Assembly: GCA_963802945.1 (NCBI GenBank) | Contig: CAWDKY010000015.1 | Coordinates: 344,919 to 408,918, forward strand | Direction of reading: 5' to 3' | DNA length: 64,000 nucleotides | From: an uncultured delta proteobacterium | GTDB lineage: Bacteria; Desulfobacterota; RBG-13-43-22 | Part shown: positions 48,155 to 57,915 of the stretch, one piece after another | Layout of the letters: every line of letters starts with the position of its first letter | Numbering within the stretch: position 1 is the stretch's first letter | The notes under the pieces: generated by a model | The model's input: the letters and a program-made list of their open reading frames with translations, nothing else | What the model was told of the DNA's origin: nothing | Database searches by the model: none | Translations under genes and position numbers: made by a program

Positions 48155-49657
48155 CTACCGTCTTTTCTTGGTCTTCTTGAAGACCTCTATCCCGGCCTTC
48201 TCTTCAAGAGGGCAGACGTATTCACAAACGCCGCAGCCGGTGCACAATTGGTCGACCACGTACGGTTTCTTAAGGGTGATCCGTTTTCCCATATAGTTGA
48301 CCTCTTCAACCGACTCGAACCTTATCGCCTTGTCGGGAATGGGGCAGTGTTCCTCGCAGACCATGCAGTTCATCTTCTTAGCATAAGGCAGGCATTGATT
48401 TTTATCGAAAACGGCCAGTCCGATGACCGCTTTTTTCTTGACCTCCAGGGGCAGTCTCGGTATCGCGCCCGTGGGACAGACCTGTCCACAGAGGCTACAG
48501 TTGTATTCGCAGTAACCGAGGCGGGGATGGAGGACAGGCGAATAGAGACCATACAGACCCGCCTGGAGGGAGGCGGGATAGAGGGCATTCTTCAGGCAGA
48601 CCTTCATGCACTCGCCGCACCTCACACACCTTTGTAAAAATTCTCCTTCATCCTTGACGCCAGGAGGCCGCAGCAATCGTGTCTCCCTCTCGGCTGACAC
48701 TACGGTGAAGATCTGCGAGGCAAAAAACCCCGACACAACCCCGGTCAAAAAAACCCGTCGGCCGGGCGAGAAAAGGGGCTCTTTCCCGGTCTTCAGGGAG
48801 GGCAGGAAGCTCACGCGCTGAAAGGTGCATTTTCTCTGACAGTCGAGGCAGAGGATGCAATCGGGCTTTTGCAAAATTTCCTCATCGAAAGTAGTGGGAC
48901 AAAGGGTCCGGCAGTCGCCGCAGTCTGCGCAGAGCCTGGCAGGAAGCCTTCTGAAGATGGAAAAGCGACCGAGAAGCCCCAGGAGCGTGCCGAGGGGACA
49001 GAGATTCCGGCACCAGTTTCTCCGCTCGAACCTCTCCAGTACCAAGACCGCTGCAAAGATGATAAGCGACAAGAAAGCGAGTGGGTAGAAGGTCGCTCGA
49101 AAAGGGAGCAAGTAGGTCTTGAGAAAACTGTAGCCCGGGTCCAAGTAATCCCTCGAATCTCCGAGGATCCGGTAAATGCCTACCCATCCTTGTCTGGCCA
49201 GGAAGCCGATGAGAGGGTAAAGGGAGAAGGTGAGGAAGCGGACGAGGATCGCCATGGGATCGAAGAGACCGGAGAGGTTCATGTTGAAGAGGGCTGCAAA
49301 AAGAAGGGTGAAGAGCAGATAATATTTGAGCTTGCCTTTGAGAAAGGAGAGGGGGCGTCCTTTCTTTATCCGTTTGGTCACCAGGTCTATGACCGTACCC
49401 AGGGGGCAGATCCAGCCGCAAAAAAACCTGCCCAGGATGAGAGAGAACAGGAGAACTAAAAGGCCGGGCAGGAGAAGGAGGGTGAAGGTCTTGGCCGACA
49501 AGAGGTAGCTCAGGGCCACGAGGGCATTGGCCCGGAAGAAGGCGTTGAGGGCTATGGAAATCTCATCCTTGCCCCGGTAGTCGGTGGTAATAAAGAGAAA
49601 GAGAAAAAGGGCCAGGAAGAAAAGCTGAAAAATGCGGGACAGACTGATCTTCATCAA
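48155..49657 (-). CDS. Membrane-bound polyferredoxin (NapH/MauN-like 4Fe-4S binding protein)
   Basis: 500 aa with several TM helices carrying CGWICPLG and CRNLCPLG motifs. The C-terminal soluble part has CVRCGECMKVC, CSLCGQVCP, CMVCEEHCP and CTGCGVCEYVCP. Confidence 0.8.
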   Translation of the reverse strand: MMKISLSRIFQLFFLALFLFLFITTDYRGKDEISIALNAFFRANALVALSYLLSAKTFTLLLLPGLLVLLFSLILGRFFCGWICPLGTVIDLVTKRIKKGRPLSFLKGKLKYYLLFTLLFAALFNMNLSGLFDPMAILVRFLTFSLYPLIGFLARQGWVGIYRILGDSRDYLDPGYSFLKTYLLPFRATFYPLAFLSLIIFAAVLVLERFERRNWCRNLCPLGTLLGLLGRFSIFRRLPARLCADCGDCRTLCPTTFDEEILQKPDCILCLDCQRKCTFQRVSFLPSLKTGKEPLFSPGRRVFLTGVVSGFFASQIFTVVSAERETRLLRPPGVKDEGEFLQRCVRCGECMKVCLKNALYPASLQAGLYGLYSPVLHPRLGYCEYNCSLCGQVCPTGAIPRLPLEVKKKAVIGLAVFDKNQCLPYAKKMNCMVCEEHCPIPDKAIRFESVEEVNYMGKRITLKKPYVVDQLCTGCGVCEYVCPLEEKAGIEVFKKTKKRR

Positions 49658-49834
49658 CGAGTTCCTATCAAGCGAATCTGTAAACTGGGAATTTACACCT
49701 AACTTTTTATCAACTCGGGGGCAACAGCTCCTTTGGAGCGATGCCGGATACTGGATTAAATTGCCGATACTGGATGTTGGTTTTTATTTTTATCCAGTAT
49801 CAAGGATAAAGTATCAAGTATCAGCTAATTTTTG

Positions 49835-50716
49835 TTAGGCCTTTATTATCCTCACCTTATCCAGATTCATCTCGCCCAGCCCCCTTTTATAGGCGGTGAC
49901 CGTGATCGGCACGTCCTGAGGCTTGAGCCCAAAAAGGCCCGTCGCATAGGCATCAGCCGCCACGATATCGGTCGAGGCGATCACCTTGTTGACGATTTTC
50001 ACATCCCGTAGGCTGCCCCCCGTAGGGCCATGGGCCGTGAGGATGCGCGTGGCATCGATCACCACGAGATGGCTTTTGACCGCACTGTTCACATCGGCCA
50101 GGGCATCTTCGATCTGTCTGTGGATAAACCCCCGATCGCCCCCCATGATGCCCATCATGTTCTTCAGTCCAAGGGTCAGGCTGGTGAGCGAATGGTGCTT
50201 GGCAATAGGGACGTTAATGAAAACATCAGCCGTGAGGGCGTCGCTGTAAAGCTCCCATTCTTTCAGGAATGTCCCCTTGAGGTTTACCTTTTTATAACGT
50301 TCCTCCTCCACGTACCTGACGTCCACATTCTTGAGGTCTTTCAAGGCGGCCGGGATGCCGCTGTTTTCGTAGCTCCTTCTCATGTCGTTGCAGGGATTGT
50401 CAAAGACCTTCACCCTTTTTACGCCTGCCTTGAGGCACTCCTCCGCAATGGCCCTGACAACGGACGGGTGGGTTGTGGCGGCCTGTTCCGGTTTTCTATC
50501 CCAGCCGATATTCGGCTTGACGGCCACTGTATCGCCAACCTTCACGAACCGGCCCATGCCCCCCAGGGCATTGATCGCCTTTCTCGTTATGGCCCCATAG
50601 TCCTGGCCCTCGGCCACCGCAACGACGGGCATCTCCTTGGCCCAAAGACTCTTTAGCAACAATGAATGCAAGGAGATGAAGAGCCCTGAAAGTTTGAGAA
50701 AATCCCTCCTATTCAT
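49835..50716 (-). CDS. DUF362 domain protein with twin-arginine signal peptide
   Basis: MNRRDFLKLSGLFISL...WA is a Tat-type leader. V.VKPN, PIAKHHS and DA....HGP(T)GG are DUF362 signatures. Confidence 0.8.
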   Translation of the reverse strand: MNRRDFLKLSGLFISLHSLLLKSLWAKEMPVVAVAEGQDYGAITRKAINALGGMGRFVKVGDTVAVKPNIGWDRKPEQAATTHPSVVRAIAEECLKAGVKRVKVFDNPCNDMRRSYENSGIPAALKDLKNVDVRYVEEERYKKVNLKGTFLKEWELYSDALTADVFINVPIAKHHSLTSLTLGLKNMMGIMGGDRGFIHRQIEDALADVNSAVKSHLVVIDATRILTAHGPTGGSLRDVKIVNKVIASTDIVAADAYATGLFGLKPQDVPITVTAYKRGLGEMNLDKVRIIKA

Positions 50717-51012
50717 GGTGCAACCTCATATCTTTGTTTTTAAGACAGAATAACCGACCATCCTGCGCAAAGCGTACAGCGCGCCGGAACATAGAAGCAA
50801 GTATAAGCCCTCATCGCTATGGAGTCAAGACTCCTTCAATAGTCAAGGTCCTTTCCTTGCTTCTCTATCAAGATAAAATCATTCCCGATCATATTAATCT
50901 GCTGAAACCCTGGAGGGTCCCAATTTACTAATCTTTTGCTTCATTTAATATGGAGTGACTTGTTGACTTCTTCCTTGTTATCCTCGGCTTGCCATTTTTG
51001 GAAAAAGATAAG

Positions 51013-51036
51013 ATTTCAAACAGTAATCGTCAATAA
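51013..51036 (+). repeat. Repeat family B core-only copy
   Basis: ATTTCAAACAGTAATCGTCAATAA matches the ATTTCAAWCMGTAATCGTYAAY core of the other copies. Confidence 0.4.
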
Positions 51037-51268
51037 GAGGGCCTTGATATTTATTGGACTTAGAAACGGCAGCGGCATGATTTAGACCAACTTTGGGATA
51101 TTGAACAAAGGATGTTAAACAGAAACTGGATAACATGACGAAAGGTATATTATCCAGTCTTATAAACACAACAAAATTAAACAGTTGCCTTTTGGAGCAT
51201 TTTTTACTTTATTGAATATGCTTAAACTTTCTGATATTATCCAGAGAACTGTTCAATAACTTGTTATT

Positions 51269-52066
51269 TTGAAGATTATACAGAAACTACTCAATCACTG
51301 GTTGCCGCACCAAAGGGAAATCATGAACACGTTGCTGAAGAAAGTACTTCTAAGTTTTAAAAAACCGCCCAAATTAATAGAATCAAGGTCCGATACAGAA
51401 TTCATAGCGCCCGATGTCCCTCTCTCAAAAATTGTTAGCCATCAAAAATGGCAGAAGCACCTATATGAAATCGGCAACAAACCTGGCATGAGAGTGTTAG
51501 AAATAGGTAGCCGTGAAGTTACTGGCGCATCAAATGCTCGAAATGAGTTTTCCAAAGCAGAGTATGTGGGGTTTGACTATTACCCCGGTGATAATGTTGA
51601 TGTTGTAGGAGATGCTCATAAACTATCTTCCTATTTTGAAGGAAATGAGCGGTTTGATATCGTTTATTCAAGCGCTTGCTTTGAACACTTTGCAATGCCT
51701 TGGGTTGTCGCCACTGAGATTGCAAAAATACTTAAAGTGGGTGGTTTGGTTTTTGTGGAAACTCATTTTTCGTTTTCATCGCATGAAAGACCATGGCATT
51801 TCTTTCAATTTAGCGATATGGCATTAAAAGTCCTGTTTTCCGAGGCGCTTGGGTTCGAATGTGTCGAGGCAGGAATGTCTAACCCAATTGTTGGAAGATT
51901 TTCCTCGCTGGCGGATCCCTACTTGAAAAACAAACCCATTGTTGGTCTGTATTGCCACAGTGAGTACCTTGGCAAGAAAGTGAGAGATGTAGAGAGATTT
52001 GATTGGGAACAAATTGATTTAGCAAGTGTTGTAGGAGAAATAAAATATCCAAAACCAAAACCGTAA
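51269..52066 (+). CDS. Class I SAM-dependent methyltransferase
   Basis: 265 aa with the VLEIGSRE SAM-binding motif I, DVVGDAH and FD.VYSSA.FEH. The gene and its flanks are AT-rich. The start is uncertain: TTG at 51269 or ATG at 51323. Confidence 0.75.
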   Translation: MKIIQKLLNHWLPHQREIMNTLLKKVLLSFKKPPKLIESRSDTEFIAPDVPLSKIVSHQKWQKHLYEIGNKPGMRVLEIGSREVTGASNARNEFSKAEYVGFDYYPGDNVDVVGDAHKLSSYFEGNERFDIVYSSACFEHFAMPWVVATEIAKILKVGGLVFVETHFSFSSHERPWHFFQFSDMALKVLFSEALGFECVEAGMSNPIVGRFSSLADPYLKNKPIVGLYCHSEYLGKKVRDVERFDWEQIDLASVVGEIKYPKPKP

Positions 52067-52182
52067 TTCATCGCATTTGCCACATCATCCAACGAAGGTA
52101 GCGGCTAAACCATCATTGCAGCGGACTCTGCGCCTACAGCCTCCGCCGCTGAACTAAAGTGTTCTCACCGCCGTTTTGCTCG

Positions 52183-52295
52183 ATTTCAATCAGTAATCGT
52201 CAATTTTCAGGATTCCCTCTTTAGAAGAGTTGTAGGTGTAAGCTGCAAAAAAGGGTCATCTTGGCACTTTCCGTCAACCCAACTACTGGTCAGGA
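52183..52295 (+). repeat. Dispersed repeat family B, copy 3
   Basis: ATTTCAATCAGTAATCGTCAATTTTCAGG...CTTTAGAAGAGTTGTAGG...CCGTCAACCCAACTACTGGTCAGG shares both the core and the distal block with copy 1. Confidence 0.55.
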
Positions 52296-52508
52296 CAGTT
52301 ACCAGACATACCGAATGAGTTTCTTCATTATTGATTCCTGAGAAGTAACTCACGTTTAAGTGGATCGTCGCAATATGCTGTATCCAATTTCCGGTAAATA
52401 CTGCAAAATATTTTTATGTAAGCCGTCAGTATTTCAAAAAACCGAGTTACTTCTCACGAATCATTATTTACCAGCGTCCCTATTTTCACGATAGGGTTCC
52501 AGGAGGCG

Positions 52509-53288
52509 TTATTTCCCGCTCACGGCCGGCTCGTAGAAACCTTTAATTCTTTTTCTAAGCTTGGCCCAAGAGTTAGTGATCAAGAAGCTCTCCTCCATAT
52601 TATCAACCATGCCTCTGAACTTGTTCATTGGAATAGAAAAGCTAAGGATTTCTTTAGGAACATAAGGCCTGGCTGAAACGTCAAACAGGCCCAAAACAGC
52701 CCTGGGTCGGTCCAGATCTTTTTCTAAATAGGGGTACAAAACAATGGATCCGCACCCGGCCCCAAAAGGAGCGATGACACTCTCACGCCCTGTTTCTTCA
52801 AAACCGGACAAGGTAAAAAGCCCGGACAATACATCCGGGGGTGCATAAAAAATGACCACCTCGACATCGTCCTCCTGAACAAGGTTATCCCATCTTTTAA
52901 AGACAATATACTTGCCCGGGGCCTCATACCAGGGAGATTCTTCCATCAGTTGTTTTACTATTTCCGGAGATTTTTTGTACCGTTCTCCTTCCATTTTTCC
53001 TTTTATTCCGCAGGAAAGGAAATATTCGAAGCCGGGTCTCAGGTCACGAGCATATCCTAGATACCTTTTCCCACCAGCACAACCGAACGAATCCCCTCCA
53101 AAGCATAAAGACTTCCCTTTTCTCGCTTTATTTAAGACCCCGATGAAGCACTGGTGACCTGTTGCCGGACCCTTGACCAACTCCCCCCGTCCTTCCTGAT
53201 CCGTATAATAGAAGGCTATCGGGAGTTCAGCCCCATTAAAATATTTTTTCCACAAACTGAGAAACTTGTCCTTAAATTCTAAATCCAT
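52509..53288 (-). CDS. DUF169 domain protein
   Basis: 259 aa. The pattern FYYTD......H.C.I..L..ARKG.....G.D.FGC.GG..YLG is as in DUF169 proteins. Confidence 0.7.
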   Translation of the reverse strand: MDLEFKDKFLSLWKKYFNGAELPIAFYYTDQEGRGELVKGPATGHQCFIGVLNKARKGKSLCFGGDSFGCAGGKRYLGYARDLRPGFEYFLSCGIKGKMEGERYKKSPEIVKQLMEESPWYEAPGKYIVFKRWDNLVQEDDVEVVIFYAPPDVLSGLFTLSGFEETGRESVIAPFGAGCGSIVLYPYLEKDLDRPRAVLGLFDVSARPYVPKEILSFSIPMNKFRGMVDNMEESFLITNSWAKLRKRIKGFYEPAVSGK

Positions 53289-53414
53289 GGCACCCTCCTA
53301 TTGTTTTTGTCTTTTCTCATGTTTCTTGCCCCGCTCACATAACCCCTTTTTCTTCAAGAAACGATATGAATTGTAAAAATTAAAGATTTTACCCCGTACC
53401 CCCTGGTTCGATAG

Positions 53415-53765
53415 TCATTCTGTTTTTAATAATTTCTTTTCCTTCAATAGCTTTTCCACCTGGTCGGCATGCTCTACAGTAAATCCGATATCGATCCACT
53501 GACCTTTCAGCTTGGCAAAAAAGATTCTATCTCGTTTGGGGCGTTTGAGGTCCAGGGGAAACCAAGTCTTGAAGTTCCCCGTACCGTGGATCCTCCACTT
53601 CCCATTCCAAATGGTCGGTGTCTTTACGGTTACCCATTCAATATCGACCAGTTGCACAACCTTTTTCTTACCAGTCGGGAAATAATAGTGATCAAAGACA
53701 ATTTCATTCTCAGTCATAGAAATCAGATTGTCACGGTATATCATCTCGGGCTCTATTCTCCTCAT
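53415..53765 (-). CDS. Hypothetical protein (possibly bacterial PH-like fold)
   Basis: 116 aa with plausible coding composition. The family is not recognised with confidence. Confidence 0.45.
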   Translation of the reverse strand: MRRIEPEMIYRDNLISMTENEIVFDHYYFPTGKKKVVQLVDIEWVTVKTPTIWNGKWRIHGTGNFKTWFPLDLKRPKRDRIFFAKLKGQWIDIGFTVEHADQVEKLLKEKKLLKTE

Positions 53766-53855
53766 CGAATATTCGCTTAACTTGCGAACGGGCTTGGTCC
53801 CTGAGTCAAGTTGAAGCGGTTATTAGACAACTGGAATATTTTTATCCTGTCGAGA

Positions 53856-53916
53856 ATTACAGGGAACGGTTCTGATTATTTATTATTTCACCTTAAAGAA
53901 ACCGTCCCATTTATCC
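53856..53916 (+). repeat. Hairpin repeat family H, copy 1
   Basis: ATTACAGGGAACGGTTCTGATTATTTATTATTTCACCTTAAAGAAACCGTCCCATTTATCC. Its right end supplies the last codons and the stop of the reductase gene at 53911. Confidence 0.8.
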
Positions 53917-55833
53917 TATCTTTCTTCCTGCGGCAAAGCCTTCCTCAACCGCCTCTAAAACTCTTCTGACCTGAACGGCATCGCCTATGGCCATGACTTT
54001 ATAGGGCTTGCCCTCCAGTTGATGGGTCAGTTTGTTTTCCGGATTAGATCCTACGGCCAGGATAACAGTATCGGCGGGAATTATTTCTTCTCGGCCGTCC
54101 CTGGAAACGAGGATGCTTTTATCTAATATTTCTTTAACCGTGGTATTCACATAGATCTTTACTCTCTCCTTTTCCAGCCCTTTCAGGAGCAGCTCTCTTG
54201 GAATGGCCTCCACATCCTGAGCAATCTCAGCCAGTTGTTCGACGATGGTTACGGTCCTGCCAAGGCTTGCCAAATGATAAGCCGTTTCTGCACCTACCAT
54301 ACCGCCGCCGATGATTACCGATGTTCGTCCGCATTCTTTTTCGCCGTTAAGTACGGCGTTCGCGAATACCACCTGGCTTTTTTCAACGCCCTTTATTTGA
54401 GGCACTATTGGCACACTTCCCGTGGAAAGGATAACTGCATCCGGCTGCTCCGCATCAATCAGTTCTGCGGTCACTTCCGCATTCAGATGAACTTCAACAC
54501 CCAGTTTATTTATCTGGTTGATCTGCCAGGTCACAAAGGAGCTGAATTCTCCCTTGGCCGGCGGTATGGCCGCCAAATAAAATTGGCCGCCCAGTCTGCC
54601 TCCCTTTTCGAACAACTTTACCCGGTGACCTGTCTTGGCAGCAATGATCGCCGCCTCCATTCCGGCCGGTCCCCCGCCAACGACGACCACTTTTTTCTTA
54701 ACCCATTTTGGTTCAGCGGACAGCTCATATTCCCTTCCCAGTTGGGGGTTAAGAGAACATTTAATCGGCTGGTATCGGCCGAGCATGCCTATACACCCCT
54801 GCATACAGCCGATGCAGCGGACAATATCCTCAAAATCACCGGCCGCCGCCTTGATGGGCAGCTCAGGGTCGGCCAGGGAGGCCCGACCCATGGCAATAAA
54901 ATCCGCTTTCCCGGAGGTCAGGATTGTTTCTGCTACCAGGGGTTCAATAATTCTTCCCACCGTCATTACCGGAATAGTAACCACTTTTTTTACTTCCTCG
55001 GCAAAATCCACGATCCAGCCTTGGGAAGTGGCGGCACTGGGCGTAATGGCGGCACTGCTTCCATAAACGCCGGCAGATACCAGGATGACATCAATTCCCG
55101 CCTCCTGCAATAAAACAGCGATGGCTTTGGTTTCCTCAATAGTCCTGCCGCCGGGGACATATTCATCCGCGGAGATTTTGAAGCCCAGGGGGAAATCCCT
55201 GCCCACCTTTGCCCTGATATTGGAGATAACCTCTAAGGTAAAGCGTACCCGATTGGGCAGGTTACCGCCGTATTGATCGGTTCGTTTATTGGAATAGGGC
55301 GATAGAAATTGGGCGATAAGATATCCATGGGCACCGTGTATTTCTATACCGTCAAACCCGGCCTTTTGGGTCCTTAAGGCGCAATCGCCAAATTTTTCTA
55401 TTGTTTCCTGGATTTCATTTATGGTCATTTCGTGGGGCATGGTTTGATTGATCGGACAGGGTATGGGAGAGGGTGCCCAGGGTTGTCCGCCGATTACCAG
55501 GGGATTGGTCTGCCGGCCGGCATGATAAATTTGGGCGAAAATTTTACTGTGGTATTGATGAACTCTCCGGGTAAGCTCGGCATGGCTTTTGATTTGAGCG
55601 TCCGCCCATAATCCGGCCAGCCTGGGGAAGCCCCTGCCTTGCGGGTCAATGGCATAATCCTCGGTAATGATCAGCCCCCAACCGCCTTTGGCCTTGGCCT
55701 CATGGTAGGCAATATATTTTTCAGTAGCCGTACCGTCATCATGGCAATAGAGGGTTACCATGGCCGATACAACCAGTCGGTTGGTAATTTCCAAATTTCC
55801 AATTTTCATTGGGCTAAATAAATTTTTTAACAT
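53911..55833 (-). CDS. 2,4-dienoyl-CoA reductase / 2-enoate reductase family (OYE domain + 4Fe-4S + FAD/NAD(P)-binding domain)
   Basis: It has an OYE-like N-terminus (TNRLVVSAM, HGAHGYL..QFLSP), CIGCMQGC and VVVVGGGPAGMEAA. I moved the start to ATG at 55833 (AGGAAGG RBS). The track start at 56004 reads through the MITE-like repeat. Confidence 0.85.
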   Translation of the reverse strand: MLKNLFSPMKIGNLEITNRLVVSAMVTLYCHDDGTATEKYIAYHEAKAKGGWGLIITEDYAIDPQGRGFPRLAGLWADAQIKSHAELTRRVHQYHSKIFAQIYHAGRQTNPLVIGGQPWAPSPIPCPINQTMPHEMTINEIQETIEKFGDCALRTQKAGFDGIEIHGAHGYLIAQFLSPYSNKRTDQYGGNLPNRVRFTLEVISNIRAKVGRDFPLGFKISADEYVPGGRTIEETKAIAVLLQEAGIDVILVSAGVYGSSAAITPSAATSQGWIVDFAEEVKKVVTIPVMTVGRIIEPLVAETILTSGKADFIAMGRASLADPELPIKAAAGDFEDIVRCIGCMQGCIGMLGRYQPIKCSLNPQLGREYELSAEPKWVKKKVVVVGGGPAGMEAAIIAAKTGHRVKLFEKGGRLGGQFYLAAIPPAKGEFSSFVTWQINQINKLGVEVHLNAEVTAELIDAEQPDAVILSTGSVPIVPQIKGVEKSQVVFANAVLNGEKECGRTSVIIGGGMVGAETAYHLASLGRTVTIVEQLAEIAQDVEAIPRELLLKGLEKERVKIYVNTTVKEILDKSILVSRDGREEIIPADTVILAVGSNPENKLTHQLEGKPYKVMAIGDAVQVRRVLEAVEEGFAAGRKIG

Positions 55834-55882
55834 GCCTAGCCTTCCTAAATTATTTAACAGTTTTCTGAAAAACTTTTTTTTA

Positions 55883-56007
55883 ACAGGTTGCTCAAAAAGG
55901 TCCAGATGCGAGGCGCCCGAAAACCCGAGGAATGAGGCGTACATAGCAGTACGCCGCAGTGACGAGGGGTAAGGGCAACAAAGCAGATGGGCCTTTTTCA
56001 GCAACCT
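55883..56007 (+). repeat. MITE-like element, copy B
   Basis: ACAGGTTGCTCAAAAAGG ... CCTTTTTCAGCAACCT, with the same termini and internal CCGAGGAATGAGG as 17647-17803. Confidence 0.6.
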
Positions 56008-56041
56008 TTTAAAAGATCATGAATGATTATCTTAGCCGTTG

Positions 56042-56644
56042 TCATTTCTGAAACTTCGATGGTTTGAGCGCCTCCTGAAGTGTGGAGGCCATGTCCTGCT
56101 CCAAGGTTGCGACCCCTTTGATAACCCAAGGGCCGCCATTCTGCCAGTGAGCAGTAAAGTTGGTAATGGTTTGCCCGGTGGAAGGAGAGACGGCGAGAAT
56201 CTCAAGGACCACGTCGGTTCCCCCCTCAACCAGGGCGAGGGAGGAGAAGAGCTTCACTATCGGTCCGAGTTCGCGGACAGTGACGAAGAGAACCTGACTG
56301 AAGGTGCTCCCATAGACAGCGGCGATGGCAGGAACCTCTGTGGGCAGAAGGTCGATGGATTCTCGGTCGCCTATCTTGCGGATGACCCTGACCTGGGCAA
56401 AGCACTCAGACGTGGAAAAGAATCGCTCAATCCCGCGCTGGGCAGCGGCCTCGCGGAAGGGAACATTCTTCTGATCGGGGCGCCACTTCGGACCCCAAAA
56501 AACAAGGGCCGAAGCCTGTTGGTTGGGCCCTTGACACAGGGGCTGCTGGGGAGCTTGCCCCGTGATTTGAAAATGCGTGCTGGCGCAGCCGGACAGCACA
56601 AGACCTAAGAGTAAAATCAATTTAACGGAACAGACGATGCGCAT
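56042..56644 (-). CDS. Lipoprotein of unknown function
   Basis: The signal peptide has a lipobox LVLSGC near residue 20. Total length is 200 aa. Confidence 0.6.
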   Translation of the reverse strand: MRIVCSVKLILLLGLVLSGCASTHFQITGQAPQQPLCQGPNQQASALVFWGPKWRPDQKNVPFREAAAQRGIERFFSTSECFAQVRVIRKIGDRESIDLLPTEVPAIAAVYGSTFSQVLFVTVRELGPIVKLFSSLALVEGGTDVVLEILAVSPSTGQTITNFTAHWQNGGPWVIKGVATLEQDMASTLQEALKPSKFQK

Positions 56645-56717
56645 GGAGAGAACCTCAATAACGCACTGGTAAAATTTAAAAAGAATTAAAGGGGACCTCC
56701 CCTTTATGCTACACGTT

Positions 56718-57176
56718 TTAAAAAAATATCATGGCCAGCGCCTGGGCAACACAAGCTGGTTTTTCCTGTCCCTCAATTTCGATGGTGTGGGTCTGTATCA
56801 TGAGAAGCCGGTTGCCGGGCTTTTCTTCCAGCCCTGTAAGCACAATCCGGTCACGTATTTTTGCACCGGAAACCACAGGGTTGAGAAATCGCACCCTGTC
56901 CAGGCCATAGTTGATACTCATCACGACGCCTTCCATTTTCAACGGCACCTGATAGCTGAAAAACGGTAAATGGGAGAGGGTTAGATACCCGTGGGCGATG
57001 GTTTGACCGAACGGTCCTTTGGCGGCTTTTTCCAAATCCACATGAATCCATTGATGATCTTTCGTGCTGTCGGCGAATTGATTGATCTGTTCCTGTGTCA
57101 CCTGTGTCCAATCGGATAGGAAAATTTCTTTCCCGATGGACTTCTCCAGACTTTTTAATACCGATGCTAGTGACAT
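56718..57176 (-). CDS. MaoC-like (R)-specific enoyl-CoA hydratase / hot-dog fold dehydratase
   Basis: 152 aa with F...(T)KD.Q.IHVD...A.....FG.TIAHG.L. Confidence 0.8.
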   Translation of the reverse strand: MSLASVLKSLEKSIGKEIFLSDWTQVTQEQINQFADSTKDHQWIHVDLEKAAKGPFGQTIAHGYLTLSHLPFFSYQVPLKMEGVVMSINYGLDRVRFLNPVVSGAKIRDRIVLTGLEEKPGNRLLMIQTHTIEIEGQEKPACVAQALAMIFF

Positions 57177-57449
57177 GATTCATTTCCCCTTTCAGTCTTT
57201 AACCTAAAGTCATCATAGCTGATTTAAGACATTTGCACAATACCGTATAATTCGAAAGCGGCATTCATTTTGGACTGTGCCACCTGCGCTTATTCACGAT
57301 TCGATCAAAAAGTTCAGCGATGGTCGAACAGGTCAAAACTCCATTGACACACCATATTGATCTTCATATACTCTCATCATGAAAAAGTAATGCCTTACCA
57401 ATATATTCTCAGCGCTTTTTAAGAAAACAATTACACCAGGAGGGTTATC

Positions 57450-57833
57450 ATGTCCGCAATCGAAGAGGCCAAAAAGACTATGGAAGATTACTTTGCCGCT
57501 TTTAACTCAAGGGATGTGGAGGCTATCCGCAGACACCTGCATTTCCCGTTTAGCTGGATTATTAACACGCGTGTGCGGCCTGTCGCCAAGGCGTCTGAAT
57601 TCGAATCTCCCACCCAAACACTTATCGAGACCGAGGGTTGGCATCACAGCGCCTTTGATTATATCGAGCCGGTGCAGGTGTGGGAAAATAAGGTTCACTT
57701 CAAGCTGGCTTACAGCCGTTTCAAGGCCGACGGCACCAGATACATGACCCATGAAGCACTCTGGATCGTGACCAAAGTTGACGGTCGGTGGGGGATCTGT
57801 CTGATGTCCTTGAATATTCCCAAAACCGTCTAA
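57450..57833 (+). CDS. SnoaL-like / NTF2-fold protein
   Basis: 127 aa. The N-terminus ...Y(F)AAFNSRDVEA(I)..H and the size are typical of the fold. Confidence 0.6.
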   Translation: MSAIEEAKKTMEDYFAAFNSRDVEAIRRHLHFPFSWIINTRVRPVAKASEFESPTQTLIETEGWHHSAFDYIEPVQVWENKVHFKLAYSRFKADGTRYMTHEALWIVTKVDGRWGICLMSLNIPKTV

Positions 57834-57839
57834 TAAATA

Positions 57840-57903
57840 ATTAATTGGGCCGGTTCTGATTACTTAATTATTTCGCCTTAAAGAGAACCGTCCCTTTTAT
57901 TCT
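57840..57903 (+). repeat. Hairpin repeat family H, copy 2
   Basis: TAATTGGGCCGGTTCTGATTACTTAATTATTTCGCCTTAAAGAGAACCGTCCCTTTTATTC, between convergent genes. Confidence 0.8.
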
Positions 57904-57915
57904 CACAGTTAGGAA

